A DNA stretch of 64,000 nucleotides from the human T2T-CHM13v2.0 reference genome, Homo sapiens. Each line of letters begins with the position of its first letter. The stretch's first letter is position 1. The position numbers and the translations under genes were made by a program. The DNA lies in the NCBI RefSeq assembly GCF_009914755.1, contig NC_060929.1; one strand, given 5' to 3'. Positions 42,292 through 58,372 of this stretch are shown here, one piece after another. Under the pieces are notes generated by a model. The model was not told the origin of the DNA. It made no database searches and saw only the letters and a list, made by a program, of their open reading frames with translations.

Positions 42292-42329
42292 GTTTTACAG
42301 ACACTGGGCTATATTTCCCATTTTGCATA

Positions 42330-42569
42330 GAGGCAGGTACCACATAGAGACTAAGAGCAAGCACTGTGTTCAATGTACGGACTGGAATCCTTGCTTCACT
42401 ACTTGCTCGCTTTGTGATTCTAGGCAAATTTCTTGACCTCTCTGTGCCTAAGTTTTCTCATCTGTAAAATGGGGGGTGATAATCACAGTACCCCTTCCTC
42501 CTAGGATTCTTATGAAAATTAAATGAGTTGCTATTCATGTAGAATTTAGAAGCAAGTGCTATTTAAGTG
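42330..42569 (+). mobile_element. MIR, interrupted near its 3' end by MER4A1
   Basis: ggcaaatttcttgacctctctgtgcctaagttttctcatctgtaaaatgggg. Confidence 0.85.
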
Positions 42570-43098
42570 TGTGAAAGGAAAATAAATTTTGGGACCCCCA
42601 AATCACAAAGCCAAAGGGAAAAGCCAAGCTGGGAACTGCTTAGAGCAAACCTGCCTCTCGTTCTATTCCTAAAAAAAGATACCTGCTAAGATAAAAAAAG
42701 CTACATACCTTCCTCACAAGGAAATTCCCTGTGGACAAAGGTCAGACAGAACTCAAAGTCACCCCTCTGCTCATGGAGGTAAATGCATAGCTGATTGTTT
42801 CCTTTGGAAAGGCTAATCAGAAATTCCAAAGATTGCAACCATTTGTCTCTTACCAACCCATGACCTGGAATCCCTCTCCTCGCTTGGAGTTGTCCCGCCT
42901 TTCCAGACAGAACCAATGTACATGTTACGTATATTGATTGATGTCTCATGTCTTCCTAAAATGTATAAAACCCAGATGTGCCCCGACCACCTCGTCGTCA
43001 GGACCTCCTGAGGAAGTGTCATGGGTATGTGTCCTTAATTCTGGCAAAATAAACTTCCTAAATTGACTGAGACCTGTCTCAGATAGTTGGGGTTCACA
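42570..43098 (+). mobile_element. MER4A1-like ERV1 solo LTR
   Basis: tgtgaaaggaaaataaattttgggacccc...gggttcaca; perfect 4-bp TSD agtg at 42566-42569 and 43099-43102. Confidence 0.92.
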
Positions 43099-43169
43099 AG
43101 TGTTTGTGAAATCACTCAATCAATGTTAGTTGCTATGTTGGGGCAGATCTAGAATAAGACCATGGATAA

Positions 43170-43574
43170 TGTGTGAGGCCGTTCTTGCATTGCTATGAAG
43201 AAATGCCTGTGATGGGAATTTATAAGAAGAGAGGTTTAATTGGCTCACCATAGCTCTGCAGGCTGTACAGAAAACAGTGTCAGCATTTGCTCGGCTTCAG
43301 GAGGCCTCAGGGAGCTTTTACTCATGGCAGAAGATGAAACAGGGGCAGGCCTATCACATGGAGAAAGCAGGACAGAGAGAAAGAGAGAGAGTGAGAAAGA
43401 GAGAGACAGAGAGACGGTTCCACACACTTTTAAATTACCAGATCTAGCCAGGAACCCATCACAAAGACAGCACCAAGCCATGACCCAAACACCTCCCACC
43501 AGGCCCCACCTCCAGCATTAGGGATTATAATTCAACAGGAGATTTGGATGGGGTCAAATATTCAAACTCTGTCA
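43170..43574 (-). mobile_element. MSTB-like solo LTR
   Basis: aggccgttcttgcattgctatgaagaaatgcc...caaatattcaaactctgtca; perfect 5-bp TSD gataa. Confidence 0.92.
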
Positions 43575-44530
43575 GATAATTACCTGCGAGCACAAATTAT
43601 CTATATTGCCGGCACCTACTGTTTAAAAATAGTAATAAGAGCTGCTGCTTTCACATCTGATTCCATCCTAAACATTAACTAGAAGGTGGGCATTATTTCC
43701 ATGTTTTATTGAGTAAACAGGCTCAGAGGTTAACATGCTCAGTGCTGCACAGTTGCATATTAGGTGGCAGAGCCAGGTTCCAAATTCATGCCTGTCCCAC
43801 TGCCAAGCCCAATACCTTTCCATCAAGGACACTTTCTTTTTTTTCCCCCATGGGGAAAGTTTGGTTTAGAGGCAACCCAGTACATCCCCATGACTTACTT
43901 GTTGGCAAGTGGTTCATAAACCACTTACATCACACAATTCATATCATATCCAACCTGTGTGTTCAGAATTAATTAGTATTTATTATAAAAGTTAAACTGA
44001 TATGCAACATTTGTTTTTAAACAAAAAAAAATTAATAGCAAGTCTCTTTCCTTCTTCACCTTTTCCATCCCCACTAGTTCCTAAAGTCTTAGGGAACATC
44101 AAAAATCATCTGTTCATTTGTAAACATATTTTTTAAAAATAGTATTTAGAAATGAGATTATACACTGTTTGGTATCTTCTTTGGATTATTTAACATTTAT
44201 CTAAGCTATTTTAAATCCAAGCACTCATTCTTAGAATCGTCTTATATTTGTTGGGATGTTTTGGTTGAAAGTCTACTGATGGCACTTACAGCTCAGGGTC
44301 ACAGCCTGTATGTATAACCAGAGCCTGTGGGCTCATTGTGCCTCGCATTTTCATCTAAGAAAGGTCCTTATCATATTCTATGTGCATCAGATACCTCCTC
44401 AGATCAGAGCAGGGGTCTGTGGCTAGAATTATAAAATCTTTTTTGTCTATCTGGGCTTTTTCAAAACAAAGCCTTCAATATTCAACATAGCTCTCAAACT
44501 CCCATCTTCACTCCCAGCCTTCTGTTTTGC

Positions 44531-44582
44531 TCTCTCTCTCACTCTCTCTCATATGCACTCTCTCTCTCTCTCTCTCTCTCTG
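44531..44582. repeat. Interrupted (CT)n microsatellite
   Basis: read directly. Confidence 0.95.
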
Positions 44583-46773
44583 TCATTCACAAGCTTTCCT
44601 TTCTCGAACCCTATTGAAAATTACCATGCATTCCTCCTTCTAGCAGAATAGAACGTCTTGCACAAGAGGAGTGGAACAGCGGTCAGAGCATTACAGCTGA
44701 CTCATCTTGACCAGAGAAGGTTACAGCTGGAGGCCCCAGAGATTGCCCACTTCCCCCCTCCATTTGACAGCAAGGGAAACAATGGCCAGAGAGGATCTGG
44801 AACTTTCTCTCAATTTCAGTGAAGGCCAGAGGTAAAATCAGGATTGTCTGAAGACAAGTAAGCTCAGGTGCATAGGGTTATATGTAGGAGTATAGTTAAC
44901 AGGTGTCAGAAACTTGGATTTAATTTAGAGGTGGTTAGGACATGCATAATATTTTTCAACTATGCGTGAAATCTGGGATTCTGCATTTATTTAAAATATA
45001 GGATTGTCCATTAATTCTTTCTCTTGAGAGGGCGCTTCTTTCAGAAATGATCTAGGCACTTACAAACATTTTAAAAATACATACACGTGAGATCATACTT
45101 TCATAGTGATATAAGCATCATTGCTCATATCCCTAATGAACAGATGGGGAAAAGGAGGTAGAGACAGAGAGAGAGACAGAGAGTCAGCAACTCACCACAA
45201 GAATCTCCTGGTTGCCTGTCTGGGCTTCTGTCAGCTCCATTTAGTTGAATTTCTATTCAATATTATTACTGAGGTCTTATACTTAAGAACATGTTCTTTG
45301 GGTTTCCTGCTTATCTCCAAGCTGAAGAATTTATTTTCTTCTATTTGCTTTTCCAATCTTCAGCTTCCATGACCTTAAAAAAAAAAGTACACAAACTGAG
45401 CTGGTCTAAGAGCAGCCTGTTTGCAACCTGATATGAGACCTGGAATGCAACCAGATAAACCTTGGTGTAGGGTTCTCTAAACACATTCAACATTTTTTCC
45501 AAGAGGCAATCGGTTTATTTCCTTTGAAATGCTTGATGATGAATTAACAGTACATTTTCGAAACTATTGAAAGAGCAGAGGTAAAATGGTAGTTATACAT
45601 GTCGGAATGGGAAATAGAGAACTATGGAATTTATCTTACTTTGAAGCTTAAACCCCTTTTAATATTCCTTGTATTTAGCCACATGTATTTTTAAGGTGGA
45701 AATTAGTTAATGGAATATTCTCATAGTCCATACTTTTTATTAAGGTTGATGTTTGATGAACCAGATAATGTCTACTCACTTTCTGCTTTAAAGTTTATAA
45801 TTCTTGATAAAAGGAAAAGTGGTGAATTATGTGAGCCAACCCTGGAAAGTATTTCCGTATTGAGTTTTGTTTGTTTCAAAGAACCTACTGTACATATGCA
45901 AAAAAATATGTCTTATCAATTGTTTTACCAAAGCCATGAGTCCCCTTGTCAGTGTAGACAGAATCAGTTGTCTTTCTGTATGAGAATATCATGGAAAAGC
46001 ACAGATGTAACAAGCGTTCCTTCCAAACCTAAGTGGTAGAATTATGTGACTTAAATTGTGGAGTCAGGACTAATCTCACAGGCTTTCAAAATTGCTCCCT
46101 CTTATCTCTTTAACCTCCCTTTCCTCTTTTATCTAAGGAGGGAGAGTGAAATAAGTAAATAATCCTGGATTTGTGAGAGTGGAAGGAAAGGTATTATGAC
46201 TTTTAAGGTCCTATTTTAATACCTTTGACTAATGAGACATTAATTACAGTGTTGAATAAATCTTGAGATGATTTCAAAGCAAAGCCTGCTCTTTTTTCCT
46301 TCCACTGATTTAATATCTAGGGAGTTCCATCCTATGAAGGGCAGTTTCTTCTCATTAGCTATCTTCAACAGTCCGGGCCAAATAGGACATTTGAGTCCTT
46401 TTAAAGTGGCCTTCAAGTCCCCTCTCAGCCCTTTTAAATGCTGCCTTGTCAGTTCATGTCCAGCAGCCCTAAGCAGAGTTCAGTCAACATCTTCCCTCTC
46501 CTCCAAGTCTTTGCAACTGCTCTTCTCCTCCTGGCTGCCTGGCATTGCTGCTTAACCCAGAGACTTAAAGTCTCTCCCACTGCCCGCTTGCTGAGCCACA
46601 GTCACAATCATGACCTTCAGAGTTTCTCTTGCTGCCTGGGCCCAAACTACCATCTCCACCAATGTCTTCACCAGCACCACCATCCTTGCCGCCTGTTGCC
46701 AATACTCACAAAAGCCACAGCCTAACAGTCACCACTAAATTCTTCATCAGAGCTTCTGCTGTTAGCTCTAGGA

Positions 46774-47005
46774 CAACGGTTCTCACCCAGGGGCCATTTT
46801 CTACCCACTCCCCTCAGTCCCAGGAAACATTTGGCAACGTCTGTACACATTTTTTGGTTGTCACAACTTGGGGAGGTGAATGCCACTGGCATCCAGTGTG
46901 TCAAAGGCAAGAAAGCTGCTTAAGAATTTACAATACACAGGAGGACCTCCATAACAAAGGCTTACCCAGCCCCAGATGTCAACAGTGCTGAGGTGGAAAA
47001 CCTTG
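46774..47005 (+). mobile_element. MER20, full length
   Basis: caacggttctc...catttggcaacgtctg...ttttggttgtcacaact...; perfect 8-bp TSD ctctagga at 46766-46773 and 47006-47013. Confidence 0.93.
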
Positions 47006-47318
47006 CTCTAGGAGTTAGTGGAGGCCTTTATTCTCTTTCTGTACCTTTGGCAAAAAAACAAAGATAGAAGAAAACAAAACACAATCTGTCCTCCAGGCAC
47101 ACAGCTAGAACCCTCTGTTCTCTTCCCTACTTCTCAGTTTAGGATTGGAGAGAAAACAAGTGGGATTTTGTAGAACCTGCCTTTTCATTTATGGCGTGGG
47201 TCCTCCCTCATCTGGGCAGAGGCTGGGACAGACAGGCTCCGTCTGAACAGAAGAACCCATTTACGCCAGAGGTTCTCAACACTGGCTGCACATTAGACTC
47301 ATAACATCTAACATTTTA

Positions 47319-47861
<543 letters not shown>

Positions 47862-48684
47862 TCATTTAACTGTGTGGTCAGCATGGGTCATCTGGGCAGA
47901 TACAGATTATTTCAGATTATTTGATGTTCTTAACTGGAGTCTTTCTATGGCTTGAATTGAAGCTTATTTTTAATAATAAAAAAGTTTTAATATTTATCAA
48001 AATCAGGAAAAGAGGGTAAATTAGATTAAAAGCCATCCTCATAATTAAGCACTCTATGCTAGCTATTTATTTGTCTTAGAAAAAAATGATTCTTTCCTCT
48101 TTTAGAAAGATACAATAATTCTAAATTAAAGCTTCGAGATAAATTATGACTTATGAAGAATAATGGAATAGTATCATAAATAAAAAACATTGTCTGCATG
48201 AAATATGACCACTCTAATTCTGTACATTTCCTCCCCATTTCAATACAATGAAGTTTTTACAAGGCAAATTAATCTAGCATTAACCTTGAAATGATTACCC
48301 TACCTTACTGTTGAAACTGATAAAACAAAAATACTTTTAATGCTAAAGAATCTTGTTAAATTCTCTATAACTTAAGCAAACTATATCTAATTTCTCTTTT
48401 TTTTCCCCCATTCTTTAGCCACACACTTAGCATTCTGTAGCAAAATAATCACTGGACCCCAAGTGAGAAGCCTGAGTTCTGGTTCAGGCCATAGAACTGC
48501 TTTATAAAGTCAATTAACTTTGCTGGGCTGCTTCTTCATCAGTAAAGTAAAGGCATCACCAGGTGATATATAAGATCGCCTCCATGTTTAGGAATTAGTA
48601 GGAAGGCAGATTATTGGTTTGACAACCCTCAATCAAATGAAATGCCTGGTTTTCTGTCCTGGCATATAGTGTAGGAACACGTTA

Positions 48685-48850
48685 TATGTAAAATATGGTA
48701 TATATGCACACATATAACATACACACACACATATGTATATATAAAAATTAACATATATGTTATGTATATATAAATTAACATATATGTGTTTATATAATAT
48801 ATAACAACATATATAATATATATATGATATATATATAAATTAACATTTAC
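48685..48850. repeat. AT-rich low-complexity repeat with three atatataa(aa)attaacat units
   Basis: read directly. Confidence 0.85.
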
Positions 48851-48937
48851 TGAGCACTCTGCTAAAGAAATAAGGTAGTGCTATGGAGAATTCAAAGAAT
48901 TAGCAATTATATCCCTAAGGTTTTACTATAAAAATTA

Positions 48938-49307
<370 letters not shown>

Positions 49308-49989
49308 AGTTGGGGATATAAACAGTCACATCAGATAAAAGTATTCAGAATTTCCAGTTGATATTTAATAAAATCAATCAACATTTATTGGATACCTACT
49401 GAATGATACCTACCTGATAAGTATCACAAATAACAGTGCTGATTTGTTTAGAATAAAGCTGGGACTTTTTCCTTCCTTTAAGTAAACTATGGTAACACAT
49501 TACATTAAAACTTCAGTTAATGGTATATTTGTAATGTTATACTTCTAAAGAAGGCCTCTAAATTACATAGGCTCCGGCCTCACAAAACCTGGTTTTGCTC
49601 CTGATGGGGCAAACTAGGGAATAGAGCATGGAAGCTAAACCCACCAATGGCCTGGTGTCCCTAAGTTTGCATTTTGGCTGCTGTTGGGATCACTATACTA
49701 TATCTGTGTTGGGTCAAGTGGGCAGTCATATTCTTTTCAGAAAAGCTTTCATTGTTCAAAGCTACATCTTGACCAATACACATGCACCTTAACCAGAAGC
49801 ATGGTGAAACCCTGGGCAGTACATGGATAACATCCAGGTCAAGGCTAGGAACATGGAGTTTTGCCATGGGCACCACTCTGACCAGCAGAACACCTTGTGG
49901 GCAACGGGCTGAATGACCTAGCCAACCAAGAGAACATCTGGTAGACCCAAAAAGTTTGAAAAAGGGGAGAAAGAGTAAAAAAAGAGAGG

Positions 49990-50156
49990 CAGAACAGCTG
50001 CATAATTTGGAGGGTCCACTACAAAATAAAAATGTGGACCTATTGTTGAAAAAAATGTTAAGAATTTTTGGTAATGACAGCAGAGCATAAAGCCATGAGT
50101 GGGACCCTGGGAAGCATGAAACCCTGTTGAGTCACACATCTGTGAAGTCAGCCCTG
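49990..50156 (-). mobile_element. MER45A hAT-Tip100 MITE
   Basis: ctgcataatttggagggtcc...aaaataaaaatgtggacc...gacagcagagcataaagcc...tgaagtcagccctg. Confidence 0.75.
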
Positions 50157-51771
50157 AAGACAGCAAAAATCTTAGAAGGGTGCTCACATTATTGGGCATG
50201 TACTATATGCTGGACACAGTGCAAAAACACATTCACAATTCATGTTATTTTCAAAACAACTATGGGAGAGAAATATCAACATTTCATGGATGAGCAGAAC
50301 TCTCAAAAAGGTTAAGCTATTTGCACAAAGACATATAGGTAGTATGTTTGTGTGCACTGAAGTGGAGGAGGAAGAGGACAGAGAGGGAAGGGACCCAAAG
50401 TCATTGCCCAAGTAATGGTTAGAACCAGGAACATTTGGGCGTCTGTCATTAAGATCATTTAACAGAGCCAAGATGTCAACATGGTTTGATTGCCGTTGTG
50501 AACGACAATTGAGGCAGTGAATAGGAAATTAAAAACACCATTGTCTTTTACTATTTCTTTGAACCATTTATCCCTGTGCTGCTGCAGGGAGGTTGTCATT
50601 CCAACAAAAGCAGACACATTTGGAAGCTTCTAGATGCTCAGCTTTTATATTTAGTTACTCTGGTTGGCTCAGGGTTAAATGACTACTGCTTTATTTGCAA
50701 CTTATTTATATTAAAGGTGAAATGTCAGGTTCACACAGGGTAAAATAAAGGACTCTCTATAAACATGCAAACAAATGCAAGTGTTCGCTGCCAAAAATAT
50801 CCAAACAAACCAAACCAGAGAAGAGAAATGTCGCCTCAGCCCAAATTGTAGCGCTCTTCCACATGACCTCTTCAGTAGATGAAAGGAAATCCTGAAATTC
50901 AAGACCAAACTCAATCAAATGCTAATTTAATGTTGTTCCCTAGTAGATACCAAGTCAAGGGAGATTTGCCACTTATCTGGCTAATTTGAGCTCTGGGACA
51001 CCCAGGGTAGAAACCGAGGCAAAATAAATCTAATAAGGGATTGGAATATTTTGGTACTTTGCCAACCGTCTTCAGAGTCACTTGGACACTGTCATCTTTT
51101 TCACTCATGCTTGTTTGTTTACATGCATCTATAAAGCATAATTAAGGATCCTTTGATATAAAAGTAAATTTATTTATTTAAGTACTGACATATCCACACA
51201 TGCTCATAAATGAGCTTCAGTATAGAGGTGTTCTTAACCTGTGCGATGTTTTAGGAAAGAGGGTGGCAGTAGGACCTGCACACTCCTGGATCCTAGAGAT
51301 GACAGATATGTGACTTTTAAAGAACATGTGGACTTGGCATTATTGATTGTCACTAAGGAGACCTGATCTTATATCAAGACAAGGAACTGGAGTTAAGCCC
51401 ATAATGCACCTGTGCCAACTCAGTGGCCCTTGAAACTGGCGGAACGGGTTTGGTGCCTACTTTGATCTATGCACATGAAACTCAGAGCTCCCATTGAGAA
51501 GCGAGTTTATAGGATCATGGTTCTGGTATCTTTCCTGAGAAGGGAGGAGAGGGAAACTGTCATCTTTTCTTTCACCCATTCCACTCTATATAAAAGTAGA
51601 CAGCAAGCCTGCAAATTATATTGCTCTATAGTTGGTCCTTCTATGGTAAGAGGGACCTGGTCAGCCTCTTTATCCCCTTGGCAAATTATTCCCAGCTTTT
51701 GAATGGCCAGGCTCCTTGGAGGCTGGTGACTGCTGTTTCCTGCTTAGCACTCCTCTGGGAAGGGGAGTGGG

Positions 51772-51829
51772 GAAATAAAGACCGAGCTCAAAAAGAAAAA
51801 GAAATAAAGACTGAGCTCAAAAAGAAAAA
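51772..51829. repeat. 29-bp two-copy tandem duplication
   Basis: gaaataaagac(c/t)gagctcaaaaagaaaaa twice. Confidence 0.95.
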
Positions 51830-52427
51830 GAAAAGAAAGAAACAGCCCCCCATCAGTATGGAAACAGCATGCATGAGATGCTTAGTGGACACAGAGGTCT
51901 GGTTCTAAACCAGGGGTCTAGGTTATATCACAGCCTGATCAGTAACTTTGATGAGCTTTGATTTCCTCTATGACCAAGAGATAGTTAAAATCTTGTTCTT
52001 AATTCTAGGAGTAAGGAAAACCCTGCATTTCTTAAGCAAATGGCACAATATGTGAACAAAGCCCAATGCTTATTCCGGTAAATCTTAAATCAATTTATTA
52101 AAAAAATATATATATAGAATAAAGGTCAATTTGCTGACTTACTTAGAGGAAAGAAATCACTAGAAGACCATTTTTTTTGTAATCTTGCAGAAGAGGAAGT
52201 CAGAATATTGTTCTCATATCTGTTTATGTGGAATGTCACTACTGATAAGAGTGACACAACAGGGACATCACACTCAGAGCCCCTGACTCCTGCTTAGTGA
52301 TAAAGTGCACAGAGCCTGGAGCCAGCTGGCTGGTTTCAAATCTCATCTCTGTTCCTTTCTAATTATGCTAATGTCTCTGAATCAGTCTTCTTATCTTTAA
52401 AATGGGGATGTTAATATCATCTGAAGG

Positions 52428-52885
52428 TGCTGCTAGTTTCTTACCCGGTAGCTATGCTATTTTCCTTCCTTTCTAATGATTTTGTCCAGTTCAGTGGTAT
52501 TTCCAGTTAGAAACACTCATTTCCCAGACTCCAGTAGGGGGTCTGTTTTACCCGGTTCTGGCAAATGAACTATAGGCAGGTGTCATTGGATGGGGCTATT
52601 CCCATGGAGATTGACTCAACTGACCATGTTTTTGCTCTTCAGGGTCCCTCTACCTGGGATGTGATTCAGTACCCAATGGTGGAGCGGTCGTTGAGGAATG
52701 AAGACACATACAAAGGGTAAAGGAGCAGGTAGGATTGGGAAACATCGCTCCTTGAGCAGCTGCAGGCATAATGAACTGCCCATTCCTCTATTCCTTGTTA
52801 TATGAGAAAAGCAAAAAAAAAAAAAAAAAAAAAAAACCTTATTAAGTTAAGCCACATACAGCCAAATGCCACCGTAACTGATATA
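52428..52885 (+). mobile_element. MLT1I/J-type LTR inserted in a MIR (about 52290-52970)
   Basis: catttcccagactcc...gttctggcaaatgaactataggcagg...cttgttatatgagaaaa...ttaagcca...aactgata. Confidence 0.7.
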
Positions 52886-53821
52886 CTACCTAACAAGATC
52901 AGCGTGAAGAATTTATGACAGTCAAAGTGTTTAGTACACAGCCTGGCACTGAGTATTTAGTAATAGGCATTTACACTGACTTTTACCTATGGGAAAGAAC
53001 AGTCAGCAGAGTAAGAATGGGGGCTGTCCCTATCCATAGAGATGTGATTTCCTGCTTATGGGGATTGGGGTATGGGTATCTCTCCTCTGCCTGACTGCTG
53101 TGAACCAGCTGGCACAGCCTGTTGGTTCTATTTTCTTGTAGCATTTCCCCTCCCATGGCCTCAGGGAGACCCAAGGAGCTCTGATCCTCAGATCTCTTCA
53201 GCGCCTCAGATCTCCTGTAGTTTATCTTCCCCCCTTGCTGCCTCCAGGAGTGGTGCCACATTCAATATCACGCCAAGACTCCTGAACCCAATATGATTTT
53301 GAATCTCATTAAAATTCTTTTCTGTTTTAACTTCACCTCATAGGGGACACTAATGAAACTCTTAAAAGAACCAGATGTGGTATCTGGCACCAGTTCATAG
53401 CCCAAGAATTGAGCTAAAAATGGAATGTACTGACGAATGTTCCCCCTAATAACTTCCACACTCAAAGAGTCAGAAGTCTTCCTAGCATAGATAGATTCTT
53501 CTGACACTAGCAGTACTAAAATATGCAAGAGTTGTATCTCAAAGACACCACAAATGTAACATATGTGATAAACCTGATATGGCTTCCTTCTTCCCAGTTT
53601 CCCCACAGTTTCAAGATGCCTAAGAAGAATTTACAATCTGAATTAAACTTGCCCTGCCATCCAGATGCATTAATTTGGTTCACAATATTATTTTATCTCT
53701 TTAAAGATGTAGACCTATTTGTCTACATCTGAATTTGATCTCCTTTTAAACAGCTATCTTGAGGTATAATTGACATACAGTAAACTACTGGTTTAAGGTA
53801 TATAATTTGGTAAATTGCAAC

Positions 53822-53875
53822 GTGTGTGTGTGTGTGTGTGTGTCTCTCTCTCTCTATATATATATAGATATATAG
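53822..53875. repeat. Compound (GT)n(CT)n(AT)n microsatellite
   Basis: read directly. Confidence 0.95.
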
Positions 53876-56437
53876 TCATAAAACTGTCACTGCAATCAAT
53901 ATAATGAACACTTACGCATTACACCCAAGAGTTTTCTTGTGCCTTTGGTAATCCTTTCCTCTGCCCCTTCCCACTGCCCACCAACTCCCATCCGTGTATC
54001 TACTTTCTATCACTACTTTGCATTTTCTATAATTTTAATCAATAAAATAATATAGTACATACTCATTTTGTCTGGTTTCTTTCAATCAACAAATTATTTT
54101 GAAATTCATTTATGTTTGCCTCTATCAATAGTCATTTCTTCTTATTGCTGTGTAGTATTCCATTGTATGAATATGCTATAGTTTGTTTATCCATTCTATG
54201 GTTGAAGGATATTTGAGTTGTTTCTACCTTTTTCCTATGACAGGTAAAGCTGCTATGAGCATTTATGTACAAGTTATTGTATGGACCTATGCTTATACTT
54301 CTCTTTGGTAAATATGTAGTGGTGGAATTGTTGAATTATCTGGTAGGTGCATGTTTATCTCTTTAAGAAACTGCCAGATTGTTTTCCAAAGTGGTACCAT
54401 TTTTCATTCCTAGGAGCAGTGTATGGGAGTTCCATCTCTTCAGTTCATTTTCTAGTCTGTTCCATTGATCTATTTGTCTACTTTTACACCAATATTACAT
54501 TGTCTTGATTACTGTGGCTTTATAATACGTCTGGAAATCAGTTAGTTCTCCAACAGTTCTTTTTCAAAGTTAGTCTGACTGTGAATTAACTTGCTCTTGT
54601 TTTTCTGTTTTTTTCAAAGTGAAAGCTGAGATTATGGGTTTGAGACTTTTCTTCTTTTCCAATACAGGTGTTTTTGTGTTATAAAAATTCCTCTAAGTAC
54701 TGCTTTAGCAATATGTCTCACATTTGGTATGCTCTTTTTATATTCTTATTTACTTCCAAATACTTCCCAATACTTTCGATTTCTTTTTTGACCTATGTGT
54801 CATATAAATGTGTGTTATATCACATCCAAAAATTTGGGGGAATTTTCAACAGATGTTCTGTCATTAATATTTAATTTTAATTTGATTCATTAAGGTCATA
54901 GACTGTACAATTTATTGAGACTTGTTTGATGACCCAGAATGTAGTTTAACTTAGGTAAATATTCTGTATGAACTTGAAAAAATGTGTATTCTTCTGTTGT
55001 TAGGCAGAATGTATATAAATGTCATTTAGGTCAGGTTGGTTAATAGTGTTAAAGTCTTCTTAAAGTCGTCTGGCTACTTGTTCTATTAATTATTGAGAGA
55101 GAGATGCTGAAATCTCTAGCTATTTATGGGATTGTCTATTTTTTCTTGTACTTCTGCAATTTTTGCTTCATGTGTTTTGAAGCTCGCTTATTAGGTGCCT
55201 AGAAGTTTATGATGGTTATATCTTCCTGGTGAATTGACCCCTTCATCATTATGAAATAAACCTCTTTGTCCCAGGTAATATTCTTTGCTCCAAATCTACA
55301 TTGTCTGATATTAATATAGCCAGTCCAGCTTTCTTTCGATTAGTATTAGCATGGTATATCTTTCCATTCTTTTACTTTTAATCAATTTGGGTCTTTCTAG
55401 TTAGACTGGGTTTCTTGTAGGCAACATATCATTGAATCTTACTTTTTTATACAGTCTGACAATTTCTGCCTCTTAATTGAGATGTTCATACCATTTATAT
55501 TTTATTTCATTACTAATGTGGTTAAGTTTAAATCATTCATCTTACTATTTGTTTTCTATTTTTCCCATTTTTTGTTTGCTCCCCCTGCACCCCCTTGTTC
55601 TGCCTTCTTTTAGATTATTTTTTATGAGCATTTATTGCCTTCATTGGCCAATTAGCAAAACTCTTTGCTTTGTTATTTTAATAATCACTTTAGGGTTAAT
55701 AATCTGCATCTTTAACTTATCTAATCCACATTAAAGATATAATGCCCCTTCATGAATAGTATAGAAATCTTACATTAGTCCAATTCTCCTCTTCCGTCCT
55801 TCGTGCTATTGTTGTCATACATTTTACTTTTGCATGTTACAAACCTTATACTACACTGTTAGGTTATGTTGTTGTTGTTGTTGTTTAAATCATCAATTAT
55901 CTTTCAAAATGATTTAACCACTAAAAATAACTTACATATTTGTCTATGTAGTAACCATTTGCAGTTTTCTTCATCTCCTTATGTTAATGCATATTTCCAG
56001 CTGGTATTATTTTTCTTCTACCTGAACGGCTTTTATTGATGCTTCTTGGGTCAAATTTTGATCTGCTGTTGATGCATTCTTCCACTTTTCCATGACTGAA
56101 AAAAATCTTCATTTCACCTTCATTTTAGAAAAATAATTTTGCTATTGACATTTTTTATCTTTCAGAACTTTGAGGTGTTGTTCCACTGTCTTCTTGCTTA
56201 CATTTTTTTCTAACAAGAAATATGCTGACATTCTTATGTTTGTTAATGTGTCTTTTTTCACTGTCTGCTTTTAAGATTTTCTTTTTGTCATTGGTTTAGA
56301 GTAAATTGATTATGATGTGTCTTAATGCAGTTTTCATTATTATTATTATTATGCTTGGAGTTCATTGATTTTCTTAGATCTGTGGGTTTACAGTTTTCAT
56401 GAAATTTGGAAACTTTCTGGCCATTTTTCTTCATATT

Positions 56438-57338
<901 letters not shown>

Positions 57339-57950
57339 TTGGGAACCCCTTCTTTGCAAATTGCAATTACACACATATTAGGCCACTTGAAATTTTCACA
57401 GCCCACAGATCATAAGTTCCCCTTTTTTTAAAAAAATTGCTCTTCTCTTTGAACTTCATTTTGGGTAATTTCTCTTGCTATGTCTTCAAGTTCATAATTC
57501 TTTTCTTCTAAAATATCTAAGTTAAATATCTTTTAATCCAATCCAATGCATTTTTTATTAATCTCAGACATTTGACTTTTCATCTCTAAAGTTCAAGTTG
57601 GGTCTCAGTTATAGCTTCCATCTTGCTACTTAAATTTTTGAACCTATGAAATAAAGTTATAATAACTGTTTTAATGTCCTTTGCTGTTGATTCTTCTGCC
57701 TGAAAAATCCTGAGTCATTTGACTGATTTTTCTGCTCATATTTTTCTGATTCTTAGTACTTTTTTATTGGATGACAGACATTGTGAATTTTACCTTGTTG
57801 GATGCTGGGTATTTTTGTATTCCTATAAAGATAATTTTTAGGACATTTTCCTAATTTAGGAACTTAATTTAGGACATTTTCTGGGACTAAATTAAGTAAT
57901 TTGGAGAGAGTTTGATCCTTTTGAATATGCTTTTAAGATGTATTAGGTTA

Positions 57951-58372
57951 AATGTCCAACAACGATAGACTGGATTAAGAAAATGTGGCACATGTACACC
58001 ATGGAATACTATGCACCCATAAAAAATGATGAGTTCATGTCCTTTGTAGGGACATGGATGAAACTGGAAACCATCATTCTCAGCAAACTATCGCAAGGAC
58101 AAAAAACCAAACACCGCATGTTCTCACTCATAGGTGGGAACTGAACAATGAGAACACATGGACACAGGAAGGGGAACATCACACACCGGAGACTGTTGTG
58201 GGGTGGGGGGAGGGGGGAGGGATAGCATTAGGAGATATATCTAATGCTAAATGATGAGTTAATGGGTGCAGCACACCAACATGGTACATGTATACATATG
58301 TAACAAACCTGCACGTTGTGCACATGTACCCTAAAACTTAAAGTACAATAATAATAAAATTTAAAAAAAAAA
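57951..58372 (+). mobile_element. 5'-truncated L1PA3/4 3' end
   Basis: near-consensus L1PA ORF2 end, 3'UTR with G-tract, poly(A); imperfect TSD ending ttaggtta at 57935-57950 and 58372-58387. Confidence 0.95.

Noticed and set aside
45710-46039. 109-aa ATG ORF in AT-rich unique DNA
   Set aside because: No recognisable homology or promoter; would need PhyloCSF or Ribo-seq support.
52530-52548. CTCF-like ccagtagggggtct
   Set aside because: Mismatch at the conserved GGC position, inside an old LTR; not supportable without ChIP data.
58197-58221. G-quadruplex motif (also 62805-62833 on the minus strand and about 31605-31645)
   Set aside because: Standard L1 3'UTR G-tracts; known feature.
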